Positions 8,350-18,633 of a stretch of 64,000 bases of DNA are shown here, piece after piece. Made by a program: the position numbers and the translations under genes. The notes under the pieces were generated by a model that searched no databases, was not told the origin of the DNA, and saw only the letters and a list, made by a program, of their open reading frames with translations. The stretch comes from an uncultured delta proteobacterium. Lineage in GTDB: Bacteria; Bdellovibrionota; FAC87; UBA2466. Each line of letters opens with the position of its first letter. The first letter of the stretch is position 1. The stretch lies in contig CAVZSV010000004.1 of the NCBI GenBank assembly GCA_963778115.1, positions 2,784,001-2,848,000 of the forward strand, given 5' to 3'.

Positions 8350-10146
8350 TTACCCTATTGCGTTCGCCGCGGGTAACGTGATGCGAAAAACAGCCCCTTT
8401 GGGGTCTCCGGGCGAATATTCAATAATTCCGTGATGCGCTTCAACCACTTCTTTAGCGATCGTTAGCCCGAGTCCTAAAAAACCGCTAGGAACTTTGGAT
8501 TCACTGGGCGGAGCCTGAAAATAAGGGTCAAACATTTTCTTACGCATGCTCTCTGGAATTCCAGGCCCCTCGTCCCGAATCTCAATGAGGATGTGTTCTT
8601 TGTCTTGTGAGAGTTCAATTTGGACTTTACTGTCGGGCGGCGAGAAGCGGACAGCGTTACTCAAGAGATTTGAGATAGCCCACGGAAATTTTACAGAATC
8701 GATATTCGCCCATACGACATCGTTCCCTTTGCGTTCATATTCAATGGAGACCTTCTTGTCCCTGCCCACCAATTTGAAAGGTTTAATCCAATCTGACATC
8801 AGATCACTTAGGGGATGGCGTCCCATTCGCAGACGCAAGGAATGAGATTCGACAAATCCCACTTGCACGAAGTCCTGAGCGACGGCACGAATGCGTTCTA
8901 CATCGTCGTAAATGGTTTCGATGAGCATCTGCCCATCTTTATCCACCTGGTCCTTTCGTTTGAGCAGAAGTTCGGAAGCGGTGCCTAAGGATTGTAAAGG
9001 CGTCTTTAACTCGTGGGAAAGGACAGCAATAAACTCGGATTTTAGTCTTTCTCGTTGTTTTCTCTCGGTGAGATCATGAAGCAAATAAAGCGAGCCAACG
9101 TTTTCTCCTGATTTTCCCGTGATGGCTCGTCGCCTTCCCGAGTAAGTGCGAAGCTCTCCGTTAATCTTAAGATCGATGGTATTATTGGATTCGAGCTCCC
9201 CGCTTAGGAGTTCTCTTAATTTGAGGTAGTTATCGGCGCCCGTCGAAAGGTCACTCCATTTCTCTCCGACCATGGACTCGACGGGTACTTCCACCAGACG
9301 ACTGAGTCCTGGATTTGCTTGAAGCACATTTCCGAAATTATCTAATACTAGGATGGCATCTTCCACGGAATCCAAGACCACTTCTAACTTACTTCTTTGA
9401 TCCGCCAGTTCCTCCACATTGAGCATGCGAAGCTCGGACAACCGTTTCCACAGCTGGTTCATTTCATGGACCAGAATTCTAATTTCAAGGCTGGTGGGGG
9501 TGGGAAGTTTTAGACGTTCTCCTGGAACGGGCTTATTCCGAAGTGCTTCGGCGATCTCTTTTAGCGGACTTGCTAGGCGGGATGCCAGTCCGTCCGCCAA
9601 GAAAATAGCGACACAAAAACTGATAACCAAAATGAATGCGGTTCCCAGAAAAACGCGAGTTCGGATCGTAGTACTCTCTTCAGCGAGGTCGAACATCACT
9701 CCTTCGTTGAGTCGAATGAGCTGGCGCAAAGCCGAATGCATGTCCACAAACCTCGGGGCAAAAGCCGGAGATTCAATGTCGAAGCCTACTGCTCGAGCTG
9801 ACTCCCAGAGGGTTCTGATTTTAGTGGCAACCTCTTTCTCACCGGGAACGGTGATGTTGCCTTCTTCAAATTTTAGAGCGCCTTCGAACTGTTCGATCCA
9901 TTTGGATTTGGTCTTCTGACTGAAGGCTACCGGAAATCTGAGCCCGTTCCAAGCATCGGTCATCTGCTTGGACGCCGCTATCGAATCGTAATTGAGATGA
10001 ATGATTTGAGGAGTAATACCGCTTGCGAAAAATACGGCGGCGAGAATAAAGATCGCAAGTCCGCCGTAAATCAGAAGCATGGCCAGAAAACTGCGCATGA
10101 TCTTTCGTCTTAATGGCGGCAAACTAATGGCTATCGAACGATCCAT
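8350..10146 (-). CDS. Sensor histidine kinase (2 TM, HAMP, PAS, HisKA, HATPase), KinB-like
   Basis: LSHELKTPL, NLLSNAVRFS, DEGPGI, GLGLTI. Confidence 0.92.
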   Translation of the reverse strand: MDRSIAISLPPLRRKIMRSFLAMLLIYGGLAIFILAAVFFASGITPQIIHLNYDSIAASKQMTDAWNGLRFPVAFSQKTKSKWIEQFEGALKFEEGNITVPGEKEVATKIRTLWESARAVGFDIESPAFAPRFVDMHSALRQLIRLNEGVMFDLAEESTTIRTRVFLGTAFILVISFCVAIFLADGLASRLASPLKEIAEALRNKPVPGERLKLPTPTSLEIRILVHEMNQLWKRLSELRMLNVEELADQRSKLEVVLDSVEDAILVLDNFGNVLQANPGLSRLVEVPVESMVGEKWSDLSTGADNYLKLRELLSGELESNNTIDLKINGELRTYSGRRRAITGKSGENVGSLYLLHDLTERKQRERLKSEFIAVLSHELKTPLQSLGTASELLLKRKDQVDKDGQMLIETIYDDVERIRAVAQDFVQVGFVESHSLRLRMGRHPLSDLMSDWIKPFKLVGRDKKVSIEYERKGNDVVWANIDSVKFPWAISNLLSNAVRFSPPDSKVQIELSQDKEHILIEIRDEGPGIPESMRKKMFDPYFQAPPSESKVPSGFLGLGLTIAKEVVEAHHGIIEYSPGDPKGAVFRITLPAANAIG

Positions 10147-10149
10147 GCG

Positions 10150-11268
10150 CTAACCCCGACCTACGGTCAAAATGTGAACATCAATCCCTACAGAATCATG
10201 AATAAAATCCAAAATCACAGATCCTCGGAAGCGTTCCCTAAGAGGAGAGAGACGCGATTTCCCAAAAATGGCGTGACGCACGTTGTGCTCCTGAGCAAAA
10301 TTCACGAGCAGCTCCGAAATGTTTTCTCCCGTTAGCGTAATGACTTCAGCTCCCAAAGTATTAGCGAGTTTCAGATTGTTTTGTAATTTTCGTTGCAATG
10401 CCGAATCGATTTTCGTGGGAGCTTCAAACTTTCGTTGAACATACACGGCATAACAGTGGCTAGAAAGTTGGGATGCCATTTTGGTGGCCTTACGGAGCAA
10501 GATTTCAGCATTGCTTGGGTCGGAGCTCATTGCCACCATTACGGTCTCATGGGTGAGGGTCGCTTCCTTTCCCGATAGGAGTGTTTGCTCTTCGATGCGA
10601 CGAATCTGGTCACCGGCGGCTTCTCGAAGCACCAGCTCTCGTAGCATCGATAGGTTAGAAGGGGTGAAAAAGTGGCCCAGCGCGAGTTCAGATTGCGCTT
10701 TCTTGTAAATCTTTCCCGTTCGCAGCCTTTCTCGCAACTCTTCGATGCTGACGTCGATGTTAACCAGCTGATCGGCGTAAAGAAGTATATTATCGGGAAC
10801 GCGTTCTCGTATCTCGATTCCGGTAACGCTTGCGACTTTGTCCGCGACCGATTCTAAGTGTTGAACATTGAGAGTGGTGATGACGTTAATGCGATGATCT
10901 AGGATTTCAAGGACATCTTCGTAACGCTTTTCGTGCTTTCCCCCCGCCTCGTTCGTATGAGCCAATTCGTCGATCAGAACGATCTGTGGGTTTCTTTGGA
11001 TGATGGCATCTACATCCATCTCGTGGAAATCGCGACTGGCAACAGTCACCGATTTGCGAGGGATGATCTCAAGATCCCTCACTTGTTGCATAGTGTCTGC
11101 CCGTTCGTGAGGCTCCAAGTAGCCAACGACAACATCAAAGCCTCTCGCTTTTAGGCGATGTGCCTCTTGGAGCATGGCAAACGTCTTGCCCACACCCGCG
11201 GCATAGCCTAGATAGATCTTTACCGATCCTTTCTTCCGCCGCTCCAATAGTTCTTCAAAACTGTTCAT
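10150..11268 (-). CDS. kdpD: Soluble KdpD (N-terminal domain plus USP), without TM or kinase domains
   Basis: KIYLGYAAGVGKT, DELAHTN, TTLNVQHLES, RERVPD, then a USP-like domain. Confidence 0.9.
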   Translation of the reverse strand: MNSFEELLERRKKGSVKIYLGYAAGVGKTFAMLQEAHRLKARGFDVVVGYLEPHERADTMQQVRDLEIIPRKSVTVASRDFHEMDVDAIIQRNPQIVLIDELAHTNEAGGKHEKRYEDVLEILDHRINVITTLNVQHLESVADKVASVTGIEIRERVPDNILLYADQLVNIDVSIEELRERLRTGKIYKKAQSELALGHFFTPSNLSMLRELVLREAAGDQIRRIEEQTLLSGKEATLTHETVMVAMSSDPSNAEILLRKATKMASQLSSHCYAVYVQRKFEAPTKIDSALQRKLQNNLKLANTLGAEVITLTGENISELLVNFAQEHNVRHAIFGKSRLSPLRERFRGSVILDFIHDSVGIDVHILTVGRG

Positions 11269-11270
11269 CG

Positions 11271-11305
11271 TTACGAATCTTAATGCCCTAGACTACAATT
11301 TGTAA
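11271..11305. promoter_or_regulatory. Tandem TTAC-N5-GTAA-like sites, candidate upstream activating sequence
   Basis: TTAC-GAATC-TTAA at 11271 and CTAC-AATTT-GTAA at 11293, 22 bp apart; same layout at 21900/21922. Confidence 0.6.
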
Positions 11306-11368
11306 TCCTCAAAGCGTGACTTATCCTCTCAATCCACGTATTCAGCAAGATCTGCGCCTAGATAACAA

Positions 11369-11384
11369 TGGCCTGCCGCTTGCT
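11369..11384 (+). promoter_or_regulatory. Sigma54 -24/-12 promoter of the kdp operon
   Basis: TGGCCTGCCGCTTGCT, GG-N10-GC spacing, next to a sigma54 activator gene. Confidence 0.8.
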
Positions 11385-11419
11385 ATTTATTGCAACGAGA
11401 AAAGAAGGAGTAGATGGGA

Positions 11420-11503
11420 ATGGACGCTGCAATGATCGTTTCAACAATAGCCCTATTTGCGGTCTCTCTTTGGTACGTGCGGGCCTGCGAGAAAATAAAC
11501 TGA
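11420..11503 (+). CDS. Unannotated 27-aa single-TM peptide upstream of kdpF
   Basis: AAGGAG RBS; MDAAMIVSTIALFAVSLWYVRACEKIN. Alternative ATG at 11414. Confidence 0.75.
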   Translation: MDAAMIVSTIALFAVSLWYVRACEKIN

Positions 11504-11535
11504 ATTCACGGAGTCGATTTATGTCGGAGACATTA

Positions 11536-11616
11536 ATGAATGGTTCGCTACTCTTTGTTTCCGCGCTCACCATGGGGTATCTGCTCTACGCATTACTCTT
11601 TCCAGAAAGGTTTTAG
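11536..11616 (+). CDS. kdpF: K+-transporting ATPase subunit F
   Basis: C-terminal YLLYALLFPERF signature; GGAGA RBS. Alternative ATG at 11521. Confidence 0.9.
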   Translation: MNGSLLFVSALTMGYLLYALLFPERF

Positions 11617-11618
11617 CC

Positions 11619-13328
11619 ATGAGCGGTTTGGATTACGGACAACTCGTCCTCTACGTCGGAATACTTGCTCTCACCGCTAAGCCACTCGGGCTTTACCTGC
11701 AAAAGGTCTTTTCGGGGGAGAAGCATTGCCTGATCCCTGTTTTGGGTTGGCTTGAGAGGCTCATTTACCGCCTGACAAACATCGATTCTGAAGAAGATCA
11801 GAGCTGGAGCAAATACGCGGTCCACTTGATGGTCTTTAGCGGGGTTACGTGCCTTTTTACCTACCTCATCTTACGAATTCAAAACTGGCTTCCTTTGAAT
11901 CCGCAACACTTAGGTCCGCTTTCGCCCGACCTTGCTTTTAATACGGCGATTAGCTTCACCACCAACACCAATTGGCAGTCTTATGGTGGGGAAAGCACCA
12001 TGAGTTACTTCTCTCAAATGGTAGGTTTGGCGTTCCACAATTTTATTTCGGCGGCAGTGGGAATCTCAGTTGCCGTTGCTCTAATCCGGGCGCTCGCTCG
12101 ACGAGAGTCTAAAGGGATCGGTAATTTCTGGGCCGACATGATTCGTTGCAACCTTTATTTGCTTTTGCCTTTGAGTTTCGTCCTCGCAGTCGTTCTGATG
12201 TCACAAGGGATGATTCAGAACTTCAAATCTTATGCGGATGTCGTGACTTTGGAGGGGGCGAAGCAGGTCATTGCTTTAGGGCCCGTCGCTTCGCAAGTCG
12301 CGATAAAGATGCTGGGTACCAATGGGGGTGGATTTTTCAACGCTAACGCGGCTCACCCCTACGAGAATCCGACCGCATTATCTAATTTTTTGCAGATGCT
12401 TGCGATATTCCTCATTCCCAGTGGCTTGGTCTACCTCTTGGGCAGTCAGACGAAGCAGCTCAAACATGGTTGGTCGGTATGGTGGGCGATGACTATCGTT
12501 TTTGTCTTGGGCGTCTTAGTCTGCGCCCATTTCGAATATCAAGGCAACCCCGCGCTGAAAAATTTGGGATGTGCAAGTGCTGCCAATATGGAAGGCAAGG
12601 AGGTTCGCTTCGGAATTTTTAATTCGGCCCTCTTTGCGACGATCACAACCGATGCTTCTTGCGGCGCGGTCAATGCCATGCACGATAGTTTCACCCCGTT
12701 GGGAGGCTTAGTTCCTCTCATTAATATCGAATTGGGAGAGATTATTTTCGGAGGCGTAGGTTCCGGCCTCTATGGAATGCTTATCTTTATCATCCTTACC
12801 GTATTCATCGCGGGACTCATGGTAGGACGCACGCCTGAGTACTTGGGAAAGAAGATCGAAGCCCGGGAAGTGAAGTTTGTCATGCTGGCCGTTATCGCGA
12901 TGGCCTTTTGCATCCTAGGATTTAGCGGATGGGGAGTGCTGGATGCCAGGGGACTTGCGGGTCTTGGAAATAATGGTCCCCACGGGTTTAGTGAAATTCT
13001 GTATGCTTTTTCCTCAGCAACGGGAAATAACGGGAGCGCTTTTGGTGGCCTTTCCGCCAATACGATTTTTTGGAACGTGACATTAGCGGTAGCGATGTTC
13101 CTGGGAAGATTTTTTGTGCTGATTCCGATGTTAGCGGTAGCAGGGTCTTTGGGTCGAAAGAAGATCCATCCTGGCGGCGAAGGGACTTTTCCAACGGAAG
13201 GTCCCCTTTTTATCGGCCTTTTGATCGGAGTCATTATTTTGGTGGGTGCGCTGACCTTTTTTCCGGCGCTCAGTCTAGGACCTATCGTAGAGCACTTTGA
13301 AATGATGCTAGGACATTCGTTTCCATAG
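11619..13328 (+). CDS. kdpA: K+-transporting ATPase subunit A
   Basis: TNTNWQSY, LGTNGGGFF, GAVNAMHDS, GLMVGRTPEYLGKK, NNGSAFGG. Confidence 0.97.
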   Translation: MSGLDYGQLVLYVGILALTAKPLGLYLQKVFSGEKHCLIPVLGWLERLIYRLTNIDSEEDQSWSKYAVHLMVFSGVTCLFTYLILRIQNWLPLNPQHLGPLSPDLAFNTAISFTTNTNWQSYGGESTMSYFSQMVGLAFHNFISAAVGISVAVALIRALARRESKGIGNFWADMIRCNLYLLLPLSFVLAVVLMSQGMIQNFKSYADVVTLEGAKQVIALGPVASQVAIKMLGTNGGGFFNANAAHPYENPTALSNFLQMLAIFLIPSGLVYLLGSQTKQLKHGWSVWWAMTIVFVLGVLVCAHFEYQGNPALKNLGCASAANMEGKEVRFGIFNSALFATITTDASCGAVNAMHDSFTPLGGLVPLINIELGEIIFGGVGSGLYGMLIFIILTVFIAGLMVGRTPEYLGKKIEAREVKFVMLAVIAMAFCILGFSGWGVLDARGLAGLGNNGPHGFSEILYAFSSATGNNGSAFGGLSANTIFWNVTLAVAMFLGRFFVLIPMLAVAGSLGRKKIHPGGEGTFPTEGPLFIGLLIGVIILVGALTFFPALSLGPIVEHFEMMLGHSFP

Positions 13329-13340
13329 AGAGATGTAAAA

Positions 13341-15374
13341 ATGAAACAGACACCTGCAAATTCAATTTGGAATCCGGCATTAATCCGCACCGCGAGTTGG
13401 GATGCCGTACGCAAAGTGAATCCGAAAGCAATGGTGAAAAACCCGGTTATGTTTGTCGTTCTTATCGGGAGTGTCCTTACGACTATCGCTTTCATTTCCG
13501 ATTTGGCTCATGGAGCGGGCTCGGAAGCGATTTTTAGCGGACAGATATCGCTTTGGCTCTGGTTTACGGTACTGTTTGCCAATTTCGCGGAAGCGATGGC
13601 GGAAGGTCGGGGCAAGGCCCAAGCAGAGACTCTGCGCAAAGCCCGGACGGAGACGCTGGCGCGGCGAAAAACTCCCGAAGGAAAGATAGAAGAGGTTCCT
13701 TCATCAGCACTCCGCAAAGACGATTTGGTGGTGGTGGCGGCAGGGCAAGTGATTCCCGCAGATGGAACGGTTGTGGAGGGTGTTGCTTCGGTGGACGAAT
13801 CGGCAATCACCGGAGAGTCGGCACCCGTCATTCGGGAATCCGGAGGAGACAGAAGTGCGGTTACCGGAGGGACTACGGTTTTGTCCGACAAGATTGTCAT
13901 TCAGATTACCACCAATCCCGGAGAGTCTTTTTTGGATCGCATGATCGCGCTTGTCGAAGGCGCTGTCCGTCAGAAGACGCCCAATGAGATAGCTTTGAGC
14001 ATTTTGCTTTCGGGGCTAACCATTATCTTTTTATTGGCCGTGGTAACCCTTCGTCCCTATGCGATCTATAGCCATACTGATGTCTCCGTTGTGATCTTAA
14101 TCTCGTTACTGGTCTGTCTTATTCCAACGACCATTGGGGGACTTCTATCGGCCATAGGTATTGCCGGAATGGATCGCTTGGTTCAAAGAAATGTGCTCGC
14201 TATGTCTGGCCGAGCGGTCGAAGCGGCGGGGGATGTCGATGTTTTGCTTTTGGATAAGACCGGGACCATCACCATCGGTAACCGCATGGCTTCGGAATTT
14301 ATTTCGGCGGACGGAGTCACTCTCCAGGAGCTTGCGGAAAATGCTTATTTGGCTTCGATGGGGGATTTGACCCCCGAGGGACGCTCTATTGTCACTTTGG
14401 CGGTGGCCAAAGGGGCGAGGCAAAATACTCCGCCGGAAGCGGTCATCATTCCTTTTACCGCGGAAACAAGAATGAGCGGGACTGATATCGGAAAGGTGCT
14501 GGTTCGAAAGGGGGCTAAAGATGCCATCGAAAATTGGATTCGCCCCAAACAAGGAATGCTTTCTTCCAAAGTAATCCAAGCCGTGGAAAAGATCGCCAAA
14601 GATGGGGGAACTCCTCTATTAGTCTCCAAAGACGAAAGAGTTTTGGGGGTCATTCATCTAAAAGATGTGGTGAAGCCCGGCATTAGCGACCGATTTAAGA
14701 GAATTCGTGCCATGGGAATTAAAACCGTCATGGTGACGGGAGATAACCGTCTCACGGCGGCTGCCATTGCTAAGGAAGCCGGCGTCGACGACTTTCTCGC
14801 TGAAGCGAAACCCGAAGACAAATTACAGCTTATCAAATCGACTCAATTGGAAGGCCGAATGGTGGCTATGTCGGGGGACGGCACCAACGATGCTCCCGCT
14901 CTGGCGCAGTCGGATGTCGGGCTCGTAATGAATACCGGGACGCAGGCGGCGAGAGAAGCCGGCAATATGATCGATCTCGATTCGGATCCCACGAAGATTA
15001 TTGAGATTGTGGAAATCGGTAAGGAGCTTCTCATCACGCGAGGAAGCCTTACTACTTTTAGTATCGCCAATGACGTTGCCAAGTACTTTGCCATAATTCC
15101 AGCGATCTTTGCGGCTACGTTACCGAGTCTTAATGCCATCAACGTGATGCATCTGAATAGTCCGAAATCGGCTATCCTCTCAGCCGTAATCTTCAACGCC
15201 CTCATTATTATAGTGCTTATCCCGCTGGCCCTCAGAGGGGTGGGATATCGACCTCAGTCCGCGGCCAGTATTTTAAAGCGCAATATTCTAATTTACGGAT
15301 TGGGCGGAATCGTCGTTCCGTTCATCGGAATTAAGTTCATTGATGTCGTGGTAGCGTTCTTTCACTTGGTTTAA
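13341..15374 (+). CDS. kdpB: K+-transporting P-type ATPase subunit B
   Basis: [30 protein letters not shown]. Confidence 0.98.
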   Translation: MKQTPANSIWNPALIRTASWDAVRKVNPKAMVKNPVMFVVLIGSVLTTIAFISDLAHGAGSEAIFSGQISLWLWFTVLFANFAEAMAEGRGKAQAETLRKARTETLARRKTPEGKIEEVPSSALRKDDLVVVAAGQVIPADGTVVEGVASVDESAITGESAPVIRESGGDRSAVTGGTTVLSDKIVIQITTNPGESFLDRMIALVEGAVRQKTPNEIALSILLSGLTIIFLLAVVTLRPYAIYSHTDVSVVILISLLVCLIPTTIGGLLSAIGIAGMDRLVQRNVLAMSGRAVEAAGDVDVLLLDKTGTITIGNRMASEFISADGVTLQELAENAYLASMGDLTPEGRSIVTLAVAKGARQNTPPEAVIIPFTAETRMSGTDIGKVLVRKGAKDAIENWIRPKQGMLSSKVIQAVEKIAKDGGTPLLVSKDERVLGVIHLKDVVKPGISDRFKRIRAMGIKTVMVTGDNRLTAAAIAKEAGVDDFLAEAKPEDKLQLIKSTQLEGRMVAMSGDGTNDAPALAQSDVGLVMNTGTQAAREAGNMIDLDSDPTKIIEIVEIGKELLITRGSLTTFSIANDVAKYFAIIPAIFAATLPSLNAINVMHLNSPKSAILSAVIFNALIIIVLIPLALRGVGYRPQSAASILKRNILIYGLGGIVVPFIGIKFIDVVVAFFHLV

Positions 15375-15395
15375 AGCAGAAGGAGTAGAAAAGCT

Positions 15396-15980
15396 ATGGT
15401 GTCCGTACTCATCAAGTCGATCAAAGTGACTCTAATATTGGCCGTCATTTTATGCGGCCTTTATCCTCTCGGCGTCACCGTAGTCGGAAAGGTATTTTTC
15501 CGGGACAAAGTAAATGGCGGAATTGTCTATAACGATAAAGGGGAGGCTGTGGGAGCTCGGCTCATTGGCCAAAGCTTTTCAAAGCCTGAATATTTTCATC
15601 CACGCCCGTCGGCGGCGGGGCAGAATGGCTATGATGCCGCTAATTCTTCCGGCAGCAATCTTGGTCCCACTAATCAGAAGCTCTTGAAAGCCGTTCAAGA
15701 TAATATCCAGAAAACTCATACCGAAAACGGGTCGATCGCCCCCGTGCCCGTGGATTTGGTAACCGCTTCAGGAAGCGGGTTGGATCCCCATATTAGCCCG
15801 CTCGCCGCGGAGTATCAGTCGGAGCGGATTGCCAAAGCACGAGGCATCACTTTGGATGCCGTAAAAGGAGTCGTTTTAAAGTATACGGCGGGTCGCGACT
15901 TCGGTATTTTGGGTGAACCGACGGTCAACGTTTTAGAAGTTAACTTGGCGCTGGATAAACTTGCGCCCGTCCATCGGTAG
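15396..15980 (+). CDS. kdpC: K+-transporting ATPase subunit C
   Basis: LIGQSF, YFHPRPSA, SGSNLGPTN, DLVTASGSGLDPHIS, VNVLEVNLALD. Confidence 0.96.
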   Translation: MVSVLIKSIKVTLILAVILCGLYPLGVTVVGKVFFRDKVNGGIVYNDKGEAVGARLIGQSFSKPEYFHPRPSAAGQNGYDAANSSGSNLGPTNQKLLKAVQDNIQKTHTENGSIAPVPVDLVTASGSGLDPHISPLAAEYQSERIAKARGITLDAVKGVVLKYTAGRDFGILGEPTVNVLEVNLALDKLAPVHR

Positions 15981-15995
15981 AAAAGATGTTTAGCA

Positions 15996-17138
15996 TTGCG
16001 TCTGGAATCGCGTCTGTCTCCCCTTCTTGCCTTAGCAATCTTTTTCTTTTCTAACGCCCCCGTTTGGGCTGAGCCCAACCAACTCGAAGCGGAATCCAAA
16101 CCGGTTGTAACGTTTGGCGGCTTTATTGATACCTACTACGCTTTTGATTTTAATCAGCCTGTTCCCAACGAACGGGTGCTAGGGACCCCAGAGGGAATCA
16201 ATGGGACGAGTGCTCAGCTAGCCACTACGGCAACTCGGCATAACGAATTTAATATCAATCTGGCCTACCTGGACGCCAAATTAGCGGCCAAGAAGTTACG
16301 AGGAAGACTAGCCATCCAAGCGGGCACTTCGGTGGAAGCCACTTACGCATCAGAACCCACCAATGGGATTGCGAGCGGGCCCAGCCTCATGAGATTCGTT
16401 CAGGAGGCGACTTTGGGATATGAGGTGGCTAATGGCCTGTGGATCGATGCGGGAATTTTTCTTTCTCACTTGGGGCTAGAGACTTTTATCTCCAAGGACA
16501 ATTGGACGTATACGCGCTCGCTAGTTGCCGACTTTTCGCCCTATTACGAAGCGGGTGTTAAGGCGAGCTGGCAAGTGAATCCACAGTGGGTCCTGCAATT
16601 TTTAGTCTTGAATGGATGGCAAAATATTTCCGATTACAATTCGAGCAAAGCGGTGGGAACCGCCATCGCCTTTTCTCCCAGTTCCCAATTTTCAATCTCC
16701 TATAACACCTTCCTCGGTCAGGAAGTCGGCTCTCTTTGGCGCGTATTTAATGACTTTATCGTCAAATACGAACTCTCCCATCTTTGGCAGCTAGCTTTGG
16801 AATTTGACATTGGATGGCAGCAACAGCCGGCGGTGGGACCCGCATCCAATTGGTACGGCACAGCACTTTTCGCACGGGTAGCGTTGTCTCCCAAACTCTC
16901 AGTGACCGGCCGTCTCGAAAGGTATGTGGATGGAGACCGAGTCATAGTTCAGCCCGTGGGCGGACTCAGCATGCGGGCTAACGGTGCTTCGATCAACGTA
17001 GATTACGAATTACAAAAGGGGCTTCTTTGGCGGAACGAAGTGCGGGGCCTCTTCGCCGACTCCGCTATCTTCCCGAAAGGCTCTGGTTACGCCTCGTCCG
17101 ACACTTTCGTCGTCTCTTCGCTTTCCCTCGCCTTCTAA
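15996..17138 (+). CDS. Outer-membrane porin, BBP2/DUF1597-like, in the kdp operon
   Basis: Signal peptide; GFIDTYYAFDFNQP, DNWTYTRS, SPYYEAG, LNGWQ motifs; terminal Phe. Confidence 0.8.
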   Translation: MRLESRLSPLLALAIFFFSNAPVWAEPNQLEAESKPVVTFGGFIDTYYAFDFNQPVPNERVLGTPEGINGTSAQLATTATRHNEFNINLAYLDAKLAAKKLRGRLAIQAGTSVEATYASEPTNGIASGPSLMRFVQEATLGYEVANGLWIDAGIFLSHLGLETFISKDNWTYTRSLVADFSPYYEAGVKASWQVNPQWVLQFLVLNGWQNISDYNSSKAVGTAIAFSPSSQFSISYNTFLGQEVGSLWRVFNDFIVKYELSHLWQLALEFDIGWQQQPAVGPASNWYGTALFARVALSPKLSVTGRLERYVDGDRVIVQPVGGLSMRANGASINVDYELQKGLLWRNEVRGLFADSAIFPKGSGYASSDTFVVSSLSLAF

Positions 17139-17208
17139 CAAAAAGGTACGGCCTACCTTCCTGTAGTGGCGTTTTGCAACTACAGGAAGGTAGGCCGTAC
17201 CTTTTTGT
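17138..17208. terminator. 30-bp perfect inverted repeat ending the kdp-porin operon
   Basis: ACAAAAAGGTACGGCCTACCTTCCTGTAGT (17138-17167) and its exact reverse complement (17179-17208). Confidence 0.75.
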
Positions 17209-17365
17209 AGGAATGGAAGGTATAATGACCTTCCCCGAAATTCTTCCGGTGGCAGTTAACGTCTGTTAAGCGAATTAACCAAATGTAGACGATCTATTGG
17301 GAGCGAAGTCATACAATGGCTTCAGCTTCACTAATCTTAGTTTTCAAAAAAAAAAGGGGTACCTA

Positions 17366-18571
17366 ATGCATACGGACGGCCAACGTTTTACCGGGCGGAG
17401 GTTTACGTTTTACGCTGTGATGTCCCTGTTTATGCTCTGCGCATATGCGGCGCAAGGTTTTGCCGCAGCTCCACAGAAAGCCTGGACCTTTATTATCTAT
17501 CTCAATGGAAATAATAGTCTGGATTCCTTCGGCACCGACAATATGAAGATGATGGAAACGGTCGGCTCCACCGATACTTTCAACATCGTGGTCCAGTGGG
17601 CGAGCGAATCGGCCGGTAATACCCGACGTTTTTTGATCCAAAAGAGTACCGATCCGAACAACGTCACTTCGCCGGTCGTTCAACAGCTTCCTGTAGTCGA
17701 CATGGGTAACTACCAAACGATGATCGATTTTGCGACGTGGGCCGTTCAGAACTATCCCGCCCAGCATTACTTTCTCGATGTGTGGGATCACGGCAATGGC
17801 TGGCATAAACTAAACGATGCCAAACGAACGGTTCGCGATATCAGCTGGGATGACGTTTCCGGAAACCACATTACGACGGCTCAATTCGGTCAAGCGGTTG
17901 CCGCAATTGCTCAAGTCATCGGCCATCCGTTGGATCTGGTCGGCACCGACGCCTGTCTGATGGCGATGGTAGAAGTCACCAACGAATTGGCTGGCAGCGC
18001 TCTCGCCTTCGTGGGCTCTCAAGAGGTCGAGCCAGGACTGGGATGGCCTTACGATAAGTTCTTAACAGATTGGGCCGCAAAGCCAAACGCTACGAACTTA
18101 GAGATCGGCTCCATGCTCTCCAAAGAGTATGTGGCTTATTACCAAGGCCAGGAAGATGCCACTCTATCGGTGATGGATCTTTCGCATCAATCAGATATCA
18201 ATACCGCGATCACGGGTCTCGCAGGCACCCTCAAAGGTCTCTCAAGCTCCGAACAGTCGACAGTTAAGACGGCGACTGCCAACGTGGTCCACTTCTACGA
18301 TTCTGATTACGCAGATCTTGGTGATTTGATCAGCAAATTGGGATCTAGCGGGGTTGCCGGTCTTCAAACCGATGACGTTCGTAACGTTCAGACGGCCTTG
18401 AGTTCGTTCGTCGTGACCAACAACGATACGACCAACTTTGCAAATGCCAAAGGTGTCTCGATCTGGTGGCCGACCGATAACAGCACACTCACTCAATACG
18501 TTGCTGAGTACCAGGGACTTAAGTTCATGAGCACGAACTGGTTAAGCGTGCTTCAACTCCTTAACCCCTAA
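17366..18571 (+). CDS. Secreted clostripain-like cysteine peptidase (C11)
   Basis: Signal peptide; WTFIIYLNGNNSL, WDHGNGW (His), DACLM (Cys), GSQEVEPG. Confidence 0.9.
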   Translation: MHTDGQRFTGRRFTFYAVMSLFMLCAYAAQGFAAAPQKAWTFIIYLNGNNSLDSFGTDNMKMMETVGSTDTFNIVVQWASESAGNTRRFLIQKSTDPNNVTSPVVQQLPVVDMGNYQTMIDFATWAVQNYPAQHYFLDVWDHGNGWHKLNDAKRTVRDISWDDVSGNHITTAQFGQAVAAIAQVIGHPLDLVGTDACLMAMVEVTNELAGSALAFVGSQEVEPGLGWPYDKFLTDWAAKPNATNLEIGSMLSKEYVAYYQGQEDATLSVMDLSHQSDINTAITGLAGTLKGLSSSEQSTVKTATANVVHFYDSDYADLGDLISKLGSSGVAGLQTDDVRNVQTALSSFVVTNNDTTNFANAKGVSIWWPTDNSTLTQYVAEYQGLKFMSTNWLSVLQLLNP

Positions 18572-18593
18572 ACGGCTCTTCATAGTAACTCCG

Positions 18594-18631
18594 AAAAGGT
18601 GCCAGGCTTAACCGCCTGGCACCTTTTTTTT
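18594..18631. terminator. Bidirectional intrinsic terminator
   Basis: AAAAGGTGCCAGGC-ttaacc-GCCTGGCACCTTTTTTTT between convergent genes. Confidence 0.9.
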
Positions 18632-18633
18632 GC

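Noticed and set aside
10150..11268. kdpD as a pseudogene
   Set aside because: It ends cleanly after the USP domain, and the next gene is an intact kinase of different architecture.
12770..13495. 241-aa minus-strand ORF and similar overlapping ORFs (e.g. 9419-9919, 43641-44102, 53279-53761)
   Set aside because: Antisense or off-frame shadows of well-supported genes.
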